DNA of 64,000 nt from a virus (lineage: Duplodnaviria; Caudoviricetes): the IMG/VR virus record IMGVR_UViG_3300028920_000023, one strand, 5' to 3'. Position numbers and translations under genes: made by a program. A model generated the notes under the pieces. It did not search any database. It had not been told where the DNA came from and was given only the letters and a program-made list of their open reading frames with translations. Below, in pieces: positions 1 through 12,775 of this stretch (position 1 is the first letter of the stretch; each line of letters starts with the position of its first letter).

Positions 1-3347
<3,347 letters not shown>

Positions 3348-3356
3348 CGCATCATC

Positions 3357-3764
3357 TTATTCTAGTAGAAGCGGAGTTCTATCCGCAACGTAATTAACAT
3401 CCTCATTAACAACCACAATGTCCTCATACATCTTGAGGCCATTACGCCAGACACGCGCCAAATCTTTAACTTTATCAGATTTGCCCTGATTATTCCGAAC
3501 AAAATCCGAAATCTTCTCAGCGACCTTCTCAGTAATCTCCCGAGTAGGATTATCGAGAGTGCCAATGAAAATATAATCATCGACAACCTTCTCAGCCAAA
3601 GGCCTGCCTTTACGCAACTTGCAAAGAATCATACGATTCTTAGAAGTAGTCTGGATGGTGAGTCCAACCTTATTAAACTCCTCCTCCAACGCATAGAGAT
3701 TCTGAAAATCTATGCATTGAGAGATTTTGTACAAAAGCTTCTTAGTCATCTGCATTTTCAACAA
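3357..3764 (-). CDS. Hypothetical protein
   Basis: 135-aa ORF with GGAG RBS. Confidence 0.8.
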   Translation of the reverse strand: MLKMQMTKKLLYKISQCIDFQNLYALEEEFNKVGLTIQTTSKNRMILCKLRKGRPLAEKVVDDYIFIGTLDNPTREITEKVAEKISDFVRNNQGKSDKVKDLARVWRNGLKMYEDIVVVNEDVNYVADRTPLLLE

Positions 3765-3926
3765 TCTCCTCTTTCTAGGTTTGCACAGACACCCAGAAAT
3801 ACCCTGCCAAAACCAAACTCACCGATTATCTATCCAACACAGACTACCTTTATAAAAATATTTGAATCAATACCCACCAATTTCACAAATACTTCCAAGC
3901 GATACAATATAGCCGGAGGATATCCC

Positions 3927-4154
3927 ATGAGACACACTACATGCCCGATCTGCAAACAGAAAAAAGCCATCACCGGTTACCACAGAGACAACCCAAGACT
4001 GTCCTGTGGACACATCCTCACTATGAAAAGACAAGAAAAAAGAGACGAATTAAAACAAGACCTCTACGAAGCACTCAGAAACATAACATACGAACTGATG
4101 AGAGAAGAACACCTAGACTACATGCAAGCACAAAGAACAATGCTAGGAAAATGA
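3927..4154 (+). CDS. Small Cys/His protein (CPIC...SCGH)
   Basis: GGAGGA RBS then ATG at 3927. Confidence 0.7.
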   Translation: MRHTTCPICKQKKAITGYHRDNPRLSCGHILTMKRQEKRDELKQDLYEALRNITYELMREEHLDYMQAQRTMLGK

Positions 4155-4601
4155 TTGCATCTCATAAAAAACAGGGCCATTATAATCCTGCACAGAATCA
4201 AACAAAATCCTATCTAAAACCACATCCAAAGAATCGGTCTTAAGAGTCTTCATCCTCACCGAACGAATATGGTCAGCCTCCTTACGCATACCCTTCACCA
4301 AATCGATTAACTCGGCCTTAGCAGCCTCCTTATCACCCTTCTGCGTGCCCTTCAAAATCTTGGTATTAACACGCAATTTCTGAGCTAATTTCTTAGACAA
4401 CATAGGATCAATATTTTCCAGATCACCAACAAGATCCAAAACCAAAGAAGAAGCATCTTGGACAGTAGGAGAATTAGCTAACAGACGAACAGTCTGACCA
4501 CTCTTGGTAAGCAGCTTAACCCAATAATCCTTAGGAAGAATCTTAAATGCCTCTTCTTCCTTCTTACGCCCAAGAAACCTATCAAAAATACCTTCCTGCA
4601 T
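4143..4601 (-). CDS. Hypothetical protein
   Basis: AAGGGGG RBS then ATG at 4601 (MQEGIFDRFLG). Confidence 0.75.
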   Translation of the reverse strand: MQEGIFDRFLGRKKEEEAFKILPKDYWVKLLTKSGQTVRLLANSPTVQDASSLVLDLVGDLENIDPMLSKKLAQKLRVNTKILKGTQKGDKEAAKAELIDLVKGMRKEADHIRSVRMKTLKTDSLDVVLDRILFDSVQDYNGPVFYEMQSFS

Positions 4602-4614
4602 AATAGACCCCCTT

Positions 4615-6600
4615 TTAAATATTTTTAACAGCAAGCCTCTTCTCTAAAGGAAGTTTGCTCCTCTCCTCATAAATCTTAAAATCATCCACAGTAGCATCCT
4701 CTATAACAGAATCAACATCATCCTTATCACGTTTAGAATTATGCCAATGAATATGCTCAAACAAAACACTCTCACCCCTCAAATCCTTAAGAAGATCCAT
4801 CTCCTTCAAATTATCATATAACTCATTATCAGAATATTGATGCACATACGCAGGATGATAAATCACCCTATTCAAACGAATCAAACACAAAGAATCCATA
4901 ATAGGCAAAGTAACAATATCATTAGTCTGATACCCATCATTAATTATCAAACAACCATCAAAATCCTCAAACTGATCAATAACATACCTATCCCAAGACC
5001 TCATTCTAGGGACAAAATCATCAGAAGCCAAAATAACAATCTCACCAGGCAAGAAATCTAAAGACTTAGTCAACTGATGACAAGCATAAGTAACACCCTT
5101 CCGCTCGTCACCAACAACCAACACCTTCTCAATAGGCAAACCAGAATCCAGAACCTCCTTCTTCTGCTCCTCAGTATTCACAGCAACCACACACTCAATA
5201 CACTTAGAATTACCACAAAAATCCAACCACTGCTTATAAGATTCAGCAAACATCTTCGGGCGTACTGTAGGCCACAACAAATAAATCCTAGGATCCATCT
5301 TTTGAGCAGCCACAGAAGTCATCTTACGATGCATAAACTTAACATTCCCAGCCAATCTAGGATCAGAAGGATTCTTCCTCCAAGCATCAATAGCATGTTT
5401 CCGAGCCTCATGAACCAAACCAATCCTAGAACCACACAAACAAGCATAATCATGCGGAGTATGATCCCACGCAAAAGCCTCCGTAGTATAATGCTTAGGA
5501 CGATCAGTAATCTCCAAAGCCTTCATAGCAGCAAAATAACCCTCCAAATGCAAATTATGCTGCCAACAAAAACCAGCCAACTCAACCCACGGTTCACGTT
5601 CATACGGAGTCTCAGCCACAGACCTACGGAACCACGCATGCTGCTCCTTAGAATTACCCAAAGCACCATAACTCTTAGCAATATACCTCATAGAACAAGA
5701 ACGCTCAGCATCCCACTGAGCACGCGGTAAACTCAAATGCCTCTTACATTCAGCAATACACTCCTTGTGCTTACCATAAAAGAAATACTCCCTACCAAGA
5801 TAATAAGCCTTCCTATCATCATCCGGATCCTCAACCTTACTAGCCTCCAATAGGGGAAAATACTGAGAACGACTCTTAGAATTATCAGGATAATGCTCAA
5901 TCTTACAATCACACCAACCCTGAATCTCACGCTTAGGACCAATATAAGCCAAAACTTCATGCACAGGGTGCACCCACTTAAACTCATTCCGAGTATGAAT
6001 CTTATCAGCATAATAAATAATATCAGGCTCCTTACCAACCACCTTCCAACTCCAAGTATAAGGATACCTAAACCTATTACAACCCTGCTTAAAAGCCCTC
6101 TCGATATGCCCCCTCCATCCCTCAACCATAACCTCATCTAAATCCAAACAGATACAAATATCAAAATCTTTAGGAACCAACTCCAAAGAACGATTCCTAG
6201 CCACATCAAAACGCCAAGGCTTGCCCAGCCTCTTCTTCCACTCCTCAGTACGAGTACACTCAGGCCAATCATCCCAACTCAAAGTAACATTACCAACCTT
6301 AGCGCCACAATCCTTCAACAACTGAACCGTATTATCAGTACTACCCGTATCCCCAACAGCAATCAAATCCGCATCAGCACAACTCTTACAGAACCTCTCA
6401 ACAAAAGCTTCCTCATTCTTCGAAATAGTATAAACAGCAATCTTCAAAGGCTTATCCACCTTAATAATATTAGGTCCTTGCTTCTTAGCAACCTTCTTAA
6501 TAGTCTTCACCTTCGGAACACAACTCTCTTCAGGAACAGACTCACAAAACACCTTCTTAGCAGCCTTTTTAGCAGCCTTTTTAGTGACCTTTTTAGCCAT
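4615..6600 (-). CDS. Glycosyltransferase: Lys/Ala-rich N-tail, GT2 domain, TPR region, second GT-A-like domain
   Basis: IAVYTISKNEE, GDTGSTDNT, RFDVARN, CLDLDE (DXD); TPR-like YYLGREY/REPWVELA; C-terminal ILASDDF, NDG, YSDNEL, FEHIHW. Confidence 0.9.
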   Translation of the reverse strand: MAKKVTKKAAKKAAKKVFCESVPEESCVPKVKTIKKVAKKQGPNIIKVDKPLKIAVYTISKNEEAFVERFCKSCADADLIAVGDTGSTDNTVQLLKDCGAKVGNVTLSWDDWPECTRTEEWKKRLGKPWRFDVARNRSLELVPKDFDICICLDLDEVMVEGWRGHIERAFKQGCNRFRYPYTWSWKVVGKEPDIIYYADKIHTRNEFKWVHPVHEVLAYIGPKREIQGWCDCKIEHYPDNSKSRSQYFPLLEASKVEDPDDDRKAYYLGREYFFYGKHKECIAECKRHLSLPRAQWDAERSCSMRYIAKSYGALGNSKEQHAWFRRSVAETPYEREPWVELAGFCWQHNLHLEGYFAAMKALEITDRPKHYTTEAFAWDHTPHDYACLCGSRIGLVHEARKHAIDAWRKNPSDPRLAGNVKFMHRKMTSVAAQKMDPRIYLLWPTVRPKMFAESYKQWLDFCGNSKCIECVVAVNTEEQKKEVLDSGLPIEKVLVVGDERKGVTYACHQLTKSLDFLPGEIVILASDDFVPRMRSWDRYVIDQFEDFDGCLIINDGYQTNDIVTLPIMDSLCLIRLNRVIYHPAYVHQYSDNELYDNLKEMDLLKDLRGESVLFEHIHWHNSKRDKDDVDSVIEDATVDDFKIYEERSKLPLEKRLAVKNI

Positions 6601-6674
6601 AATAATCTCCTTTTACAAGTATATACGGATTCTATCGTCTCCCTTATAAGATACAATAAAATAAAGGAGACAAA

Positions 6675-7808
6675 ATGCTAACAATTATACACAGCTGCCC
6701 ACCAGAAAAACACGCACACTGTGCTACAATAGAGTGTGTTAAAACAGACGACATAAGAACATCAGGAACCTACATAGCATACTACGTAGGAAGCGAATGC
6801 ACAGACAAACAAAAAGTAAGAATAGACTTCCACCGAAACGAAAAAAACAACCACGAACTAAGAGCAACAACAGACCTACCATATAGAACAGGCAACTGCC
6901 TCCTGCTATCCAACCAAAACAAAGTCTACATCATCTACTCAGTATTCGAAGACATAGACGAACAAGGAAACACACCAAAAACACCAGTACAACGATGGGC
7001 CTACTGCTCAAACTGGATAAGAGAGATAACACTAACAGACACAATCGAACTAACAAAACCCAAAAAACTCAACCTAGAGCCAGGACACCTCGTACGCTGC
7101 CAAGCCATACAACACATAAACATAACCAGGATGATAACATACGCAATACCACTCTACAGAGAACACGACTGCTACGGCCTCATAATGGGAATGGGAATGG
7201 GATCAGGACTAATCGAACTAGGTAAAATAGGAAAATCAAAAGACGAATCCAAAACAAGATTCGGAAAAGGAAAACTCATACAACCAACACTATGGAACGA
7301 CCAAAACGGAAGACTACACTCCCTATCCAGGAACATAACACCAAAACCATACGCATGGTACAGCTACTCAGACACAAACGGAACATACTGGACAGAACCA
7401 GAACAAGTCAACGTAGACAACGCCAACAACTCACTAGTAACAATAAACCAAAACACCAAAAACCCAATACTAATCTGGAACCTAGGACACGACAGACACC
7501 GACTGGTACTAGGGAGATACGATACAGATACAAAAACCGCCACACCATACCTACAACTAAATATCGACACAGACATGGCAGGAACAGGCTCCTACCCCAA
7601 CTACGCAATAGACCACCTAAATAGACTACACATCGTATTCACAACAAACAGACGTGCAATCACAAGAATAATAATCGAAGAAAACGACCTAAAAACAATA
7701 GAAGAAAAAGCAAAAACCCTAGGAAAAATACTAACCTACAACGACCTAGACATGCCAGAATCACACCAACACGCATCATACCAACACGCAATGCAGAGAC
7801 GGAAATGA
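6675..7808 (+). CDS. Sialidase/BNR (Asp-box) beta-propeller glycoside-hydrolase-like protein
   Basis: HAHCATI N-terminus, Asp-box YSDTNGTYW, QPTL, C-terminal SYPNY..LHIVFT. Confidence 0.7.
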   Translation: MLTIIHSCPPEKHAHCATIECVKTDDIRTSGTYIAYYVGSECTDKQKVRIDFHRNEKNNHELRATTDLPYRTGNCLLLSNQNKVYIIYSVFEDIDEQGNTPKTPVQRWAYCSNWIREITLTDTIELTKPKKLNLEPGHLVRCQAIQHINITRMITYAIPLYREHDCYGLIMGMGMGSGLIELGKIGKSKDESKTRFGKGKLIQPTLWNDQNGRLHSLSRNITPKPYAWYSYSDTNGTYWTEPEQVNVDNANNSLVTINQNTKNPILIWNLGHDRHRLVLGRYDTDTKTATPYLQLNIDTDMAGTGSYPNYAIDHLNRLHIVFTTNRRAITRIIIEENDLKTIEEKAKTLGKILTYNDLDMPESHQHASYQHAMQRRK

Positions 7809-8311
7809 CCAAAATCCTAGACGTATGCTGCGGACCACGGTCCATGTGGTACGACCCAACAAACCCGAACGTAATATACGGAGACTGCAGAAACGAAACA
7901 ATAATAGTCAAAGACCAATCACACGGCAAAATAGGCGGAACAAGAAGTATACAAATCGCACCAGACATACTATTAGACTTCAGAACATTACCATTCTACA
8001 ACAACACATTCGACCTCGTAGCCTTCGACCCGCCCCACGCCAGAACAGGACCAAAAAGCTGGTTAGGAGCAAAATACGGAAAACTATCACCAAACTGGAA
8101 AGAAGATATCAAACAAGGATTCAAAGAATGCCTCAGAGTATTAAAAACAACAGGAACACTAATATTCAAATGGAACGAAACACACGTAAGACTGAGTCAA
8201 ATTATGAAACTCACCCCACATAAACCACTATTCGGGCAGGTAGCAGGAAGACACGGAAAAACACACTGGATGGTATTTATGAAGACTTCCTCTCATACTC
8301 CTCATACATAA
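7805..8311 (+). CDS. SAM-dependent methyltransferase (phage type, DPPH motif)
   Basis: ILDVCCGPRSMW motif I; DLVAFDPPH; FKWNE. Confidence 0.85.
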   Translation: MTKILDVCCGPRSMWYDPTNPNVIYGDCRNETIIVKDQSHGKIGGTRSIQIAPDILLDFRTLPFYNNTFDLVAFDPPHARTGPKSWLGAKYGKLSPNWKEDIKQGFKECLRVLKTTGTLIFKWNETHVRLSQIMKLTPHKPLFGQVAGRHGKTHWMVFMKTSSHTPHT

Positions 8312-8489
8312 CATACATCGTCTTCAACTCTTCCCGAGTCTCCATAATAATCTTCGCATTACTCTCATCATGTTTACCATATTCACCACCTACAGCATCA
8401 AGAAAACCTTCCCTATCACGAATAGCACAAAGCACAACATAAGACCTAAACTCATCCATATTCCTAAAATGCTTCGGAGCACGTGCCAT
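8277..8489 (-). CDS. Hypothetical protein
   Basis: Short ORF starting MARAPKHF, fills a gap. Confidence 0.5.
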   Translation of the reverse strand: MARAPKHFRNMDEFRSYVVLCAIRDREGFLDAVGGEYGKHDESNAKIIMETREELKTMYVMYEEYERKSS

Positions 8490-8540
8490 ACCAAATAATA
8501 CCACGAAACAATACAAATTAAAATTGTACATATAACAGTC

Positions 8541-9155
8541 ATGATTGGCTATATAATGTGCCTAGAATGCTCCGTAAAATACAGAGGAAGAGCCACCGGC
8601 GACCTCCCGCACGGAACATACCTAGTAATAATCAAACCAGACGGATCCATAAGCATACACAGCGCCAACTCACCACAACCAGTCAACCACCAATCCGGAG
8701 GATCTAAGTTTCAATACGGAGACAACCAAATTATAGCAACCAGAAAAAACGAAACAATTACAGTAAACATAACAAAAACCATCTGGGCACAACAAATCGA
8801 AAACTGGTCAACAAACAAACCAAAAATGAAGAAAACAGAAAACCACCTACGCGACAAAATAATAAGAAACATAGAAGAACTGCTAGAAGAACCAATCAAA
8901 AGCATAGAAAAAGAATTCAAAACACCATACGGCCCAGTAGACCTAGCAGCACTCGCAAGATCCGGAACACTGCACATTATAGAAATAAAACGCGGAAAAG
9001 CCAACATCAACGCCGCAACACAACTAAAGAAATACATAGAAGCACTAAATCAAGACAACATACAAGGATGGCTCATGAGTCCCGAGATATCGGAGGGAGC
9101 CCTTCGGCATCTTCACGATCACGACCTATCGTGGGTACCCGTGGAGCACGACTAG
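8541..9155 (+). CDS. nucS: Endonuclease NucS/EndoMS (mismatch-specific)
   Basis: CSVKYRGR, KPDGSISIH, PVN, ENHL, EFKTPYGPVDL, IEIKRG, QLKKY (intact PD-(D/E)XK and QxxxY residues). Confidence 0.88.
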   Translation: MIGYIMCLECSVKYRGRATGDLPHGTYLVIIKPDGSISIHSANSPQPVNHQSGGSKFQYGDNQIIATRKNETITVNITKTIWAQQIENWSTNKPKMKKTENHLRDKIIRNIEELLEEPIKSIEKEFKTPYGPVDLAALARSGTLHIIEIKRGKANINAATQLKKYIEALNQDNIQGWLMSPEISEGALRHLHDHDLSWVPVEHD

Positions 9156-9597
9156 AATCGCACACCGTGCAGGTATAAAACGCAGTCGCTATAGAATGCT
9201 TCGTATAAGCTTCACACAAATAACAATACTTGGAAACCAAAACACGATCCTCAGCAACAACTTCCTTTTTCTTCCGTTTCTTATTCTCCCTCACTATTAT
9301 AGCCCTAGATCTGCTCCCCCTAACGAAATCCTGCAACCAAGAATACCACAAACTAACCAACTCACTACGCCGCCTAGCGGAAGAATCACCAAACTCCATA
9401 CCATAAACCCTAGTAGGAATAACCTTAGAAACCAAAGCCCTACCATTGTCAAAAAATGGATACCATCTATCCACAAAATACGCAGGATACACCAAATCCT
9501 TATCAACAACAACTTTCAACTTTGTAGCTTTATCAGGTAAACGTTTAGGCTTATCGAATTTCTTATTAGTAAGAGACCTTCTAAGAGTAAAATTCAC
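9073..9597 (-). CDS. Hypothetical protein with C-terminal CxxC..CxxC
   Basis: 174-aa ORF; overlaps the nucS 3' end. Confidence 0.55.
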   Translation of the reverse strand: MNFTLRRSLTNKKFDKPKRLPDKATKLKVVVDKDLVYPAYFVDRWYPFFDNGRALVSKVIPTRVYGMEFGDSSARRRSELVSLWYSWLQDFVRGSRSRAIIVRENKKRKKKEVVAEDRVLVSKYCYLCEAYTKHSIATAFYTCTVCDSSRAPRVPTIGRDREDAEGLPPISRDS

Positions 9598-9926
9598 CGC
9601 CTCATTCTCGACTTAGCAAAAGCATCCCTAATCTGCTTATGAGGAGACTTATATTTCTTATCTTTATCAATCTTAAGATTCAAAGCAACCTGGAGAACCG
9701 GCTCAATCCTATCCTTAATCTCCTCCAAAGTCTTAGCATCACCAACAGAACCCTGCAACCAATATAACTTAGTATCGCCCTTAGAGGGCATTATAACTAA
9801 ATCCTCAATAGGTAAAACAGACTTATTAACCTTCAACCAATCCGCCATCTGCATAGATAAAGCCCTGGACATATACTCCGGAACACCAGCCATATCTATC
9901 GTCAATATCAAAGTCCTTCTATCCAT
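9594..9926 (-). CDS. Hypothetical protein
   Basis: 110-aa ORF with GAGGA RBS. Confidence 0.75.
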   Translation of the reverse strand: MDRRTLILTIDMAGVPEYMSRALSMQMADWLKVNKSVLPIEDLVIMPSKGDTKLYWLQGSVGDAKTLEEIKDRIEPVLQVALNLKIDKDKKYKSPHKQIRDAFAKSRMRR

Positions 9927-10040
9927 AACATCCTCATATCATCTTAATTAAAAAACCAACCACAAATATCGCCAAGAATATATACATCGCATATCGCAGA
10001 ATCTTATCAAAATGAGTTTTGTGCACATTATCATATTGCA

Positions 10041-10535
10041 TTATGGCCCTCTCCTAGGTCTGATTTTCTCAAGTTCCTCATTCAACCTATTAACAAACTT
10101 AGCTAACTTCTCATTATCAGAATGCAACTCAGACATCAATTGCGCAATATTATCTATGCGCCTATCCAACTGCCCTCCCCACCAGACCTTGACACCAGGT
10201 TGGTCCTGAATATTAACATCATGCCACTTATATAATTCTGTAACTTTTGAAGAGACATTATTAATAATAAGCTTTTGTTCTTCTTGAGCTCTAGCAATAC
10301 TTTCAAGACGACGATATACTTCCGCTTGGGGAAGCTCAATAATCTGGCTTTGAGACGGAGACTTCTCATCAGCAGACCCTTTCCTACGCTCCTGAAATAC
10401 CTTCAGAAAACCAAAAACCTCCTTAAGAATAAGTATAGCCAGAACACCGCCAGCGCCAAGAGCTGTTAACTTACTATCCCAATCAGCCTCGGCGACAACA
10501 AGATTATTGTAAGCCCAAAATATATTTTCGTACAT
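10041..10535 (-). CDS. Membrane-anchored coiled-coil protein (possibly holin-like)
   Basis: One hydrophobic helix LTALGAGGVLAILIL followed by coiled coil. Confidence 0.65.
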   Translation of the reverse strand: MYENIFWAYNNLVVAEADWDSKLTALGAGGVLAILILKEVFGFLKVFQERRKGSADEKSPSQSQIIELPQAEVYRRLESIARAQEEQKLIINNVSSKVTELYKWHDVNIQDQPGVKVWWGGQLDRRIDNIAQLMSELHSDNEKLAKFVNRLNEELEKIRPRRGP

Positions 10536-10607
10536 GAGGTTGCTCCAGTCAATCCCGGTTTGCACATCGGGCTTCCATAATATGTTTGGAGTAGAGTAAA
10601 TAAAAAC

Positions 10608-10973
10608 ATGAATGACAACCCACTAAAATCAATAAACAAACACTTCAAACCCCTAAGCTCGAAAATAACAGAACATCTCATATTCAACATAAGAAGAATC
10701 CGATGGGGCCAAAAAGAAGAAAACAAACAAAAATGCAAACAGAAATATCTAGAATTAATATACGCAACCACCTACCACCAATGGATAATCCAACACAACC
10801 AACTAATGTCCCAAGCTCAAATCGAATATCTAGGATGCTTCGGAGAAACGTGGATAATCCGATCCCTATTCGTACTAAAAGACTTCATAAACCGAGAATT
10901 TGAAGAACAATGGGAAAAAGCCGGAGAAAGACCCAAATGGCTCAACGCTTGCAAAACAAAATCCCAAAATTAA
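10608..10973 (+). CDS. Hypothetical protein
   Basis: 121-aa ORF. Confidence 0.6.
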   Translation: MNDNPLKSINKHFKPLSSKITEHLIFNIRRIRWGQKEENKQKCKQKYLELIYATTYHQWIIQHNQLMSQAQIEYLGCFGETWIIRSLFVLKDFINREFEEQWEKAGERPKWLNACKTKSQN

Positions 10974-11235
10974 ACATCACAGTAGTCCTATCATTCTTAC
11001 CCCGCTTGATAAGCATAAAAGCCGTCAAACCATTCCGAATACCAAAAGGACTATTTTGAGCAACCAAATCTTCAACCAAACCACTATAAATCTGTTTACA
11101 CAAACCCCTAGTCATATCCAACTTACAACCCTCAAACTCATGAGAAATATTCTTAGATGAAAAATACTCATAAGCATGCTCAGAAGCATGCTCAATCATA
11201 GGATCAAGATGAGTCAACAACTCAGTAATATTCAT
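10942..11235 (-). CDS. Hypothetical protein
   Basis: GGGAG RBS then ATG at 11235. Confidence 0.65.
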   Translation of the reverse strand: MNITELLTHLDPMIEHASEHAYEYFSSKNISHEFEGCKLDMTRGLCKQIYSGLVEDLVAQNSPFGIRNGLTAFMLIKRGKNDRTTVMFNFGILFCKR

Positions 11236-11287
11236 ACAAACTCCCAAAGGTATTTTTAAAGTATATAACAACAAAAAGGAGAACAAA

Positions 11288-11482
11288 ATGAACTACCGAG
11301 AAATCGTAAACCAAATAAGAGAAGCCAAAAACCACAAAATAACACCAAGCACACAACAAGGAAAAGTCAACATCGAAATACAAACACAAGACGGGAACTG
11401 GAAAAAGATCCTATCAGACGTATCACAAGGAATAGCAGAAGACACCGTCAGACAAGCACAAAACCGACTACTCCTAGGCTAA
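11288..11482 (+). CDS. Hypothetical protein
   Basis: AAGGAG RBS, 64 aa. Confidence 0.75.
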   Translation: MNYREIVNQIREAKNHKITPSTQQGKVNIEIQTQDGNWKKILSDVSQGIAEDTVRQAQNRLLLG

Positions 11483-11498
11483 AAGGATTAAAGACGTT

Positions 11499-12209
11499 CT
11501 ACCCCCCACACAACTTATTCAAATCCAGAAGATAATCACCTTCATCAACAGAAAATACCGATTGACAATCCTCACAATAATAAGAAGGACGCTCATAAGG
11601 ACCACCAGAACAGAAATTCAAATTCTCATGAGGACACTCCAACTGAATCCGGGACAATTCCCTCTCAAGATCCATTATCTCAGACTTCAAATCATCAATC
11701 TCAAGATGAATATTACGAACCCTAACAGAAACACGCTCCAACCTAGGCTCCATAACATTCTCAACACAACTCATCAAAGTACCTAAAGAACCATCATTCT
11801 TAATAACAGCCACAGAAGGAGCAGACGAAACATCATCCATAGTCAGAGGGTCAGTACTCCCAGGCTCCGTACGACCATGAACATAAATAACCAACTGAAA
11901 CCAAGACTTAACAGCATCAAACTCATTCTTAGGACGAACCCCAGAAACAACCCAACCACGCCTCAAACACTCCCTAACAAAATACCCAGGATCATCCTTC
12001 TGTTTTCCCTTACCGAACTCAAACAACCGCTCCCGAAAATCCTCTTTTCTCTCACAGACCTCCTCGGGAGTAATACCCAGACTATCGGCAAACTCCTTGA
12101 TAATGATCGCAGAACAATCGGTAGCCGTGGTACCGAGCATCTCAGCAACCTTATTAGCTACCGTAGTCTTGCCGCCCTTGCTAGGACCTACAACTAGGAC
12201 CCTGAACAT
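11499..12209 (-). CDS. P-loop kinase (deoxynucleoside monophosphate kinase-like) with C-terminal Zn ribbon
   Basis: VLVVGPSKGGKTT Walker A; KEDFRERL; VSGVR..NEF; IKNDGSL; CPHE..CEDC. Confidence 0.75.
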   Translation of the reverse strand: MFRVLVVGPSKGGKTTVANKVAEMLGTTATDCSAIIIKEFADSLGITPEEVCERKEDFRERLFEFGKGKQKDDPGYFVRECLRRGWVVSGVRPKNEFDAVKSWFQLVIYVHGRTEPGSTDPLTMDDVSSAPSVAVIKNDGSLGTLMSCVENVMEPRLERVSVRVRNIHLEIDDLKSEIMDLERELSRIQLECPHENLNFCSGGPYERPSYYCEDCQSVFSVDEGDYLLDLNKLCGG

Positions 12210-12210
12210 C

Positions 12211-12588
12211 TTATGGCTCCTTTCTGACTTCAGGTAATGAAGGAAGATACCCCAAAGCACTATTAATATTACGTTCTAAACCCATTCTACGTTTCTCTTG
12301 ATTATCAATAAATTTCTTCATCTCAGCTCTATTAGAAGCAAAGAAAAAACCTTTACTATTGCTAATAATAGGAACACCACAATCATTAAACAAGATTTTA
12401 ACAGCCTTCCTAATCAAATTATCCTGAGCAGAATCAATAAGACCAAGAGCATTAGAAATCTGCTTAGCAGTCTTAGAATTCTCACTACCATACGCGAACC
12501 TATGCACAAATATCGTAATAGATTCTAATAACTCTATAGGTACCTCAGAAGTATTCTTCTTGGGAACAGCAGAATGAATATTGGTCAT
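12211..12588 (-). CDS. Winged-HTH-like protein
   Basis: TAKQISNAL..IRKAVKIL..GVPIISNSKGFFFA pattern; ATG at 12588. Confidence 0.6.
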   Translation of the reverse strand: MTNIHSAVPKKNTSEVPIELLESITIFVHRFAYGSENSKTAKQISNALGLIDSAQDNLIRKAVKILFNDCGVPIISNSKGFFFASNRAEMKKFIDNQEKRRMGLERNINSALGYLPSLPEVRKEP

Positions 12589-12593
12589 TTGAA

Positions 12594-12682
12594 TGGTACC
12601 CGGAGCGGGACTTGAACCCGCACGATAGTTACCTATCAACGGATTTTAAGTCCGTTGCGTCTGCCAATTCCGCCATCCGGGC
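12594..12682 (-). tRNA. tRNA-Leu (UAA), CCA encoded
   Basis: GCCCGGA/TCCGGGT acceptor stem, anticodon arm ACGGA-CTTAAAA-TCCGT, long variable arm, GGTTCAAGTCC T-loop, ACCA 3' end. Confidence 0.96.
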
Positions 12683-12775
12683 TCCAAGACATAATATCAC
12701 GCCAAAATCACCACAAAAATGATCAGTGAATCTACAGCGAGAATTAAACATTGAACTGGTTTCTTTCTTAGGAGC

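Noticed and set aside
12520-12593. Theta (HDV-like) ribozyme after the tRNA
   Set aside because: No nested double-pseudoknot pattern is visible, and coding sequence begins immediately
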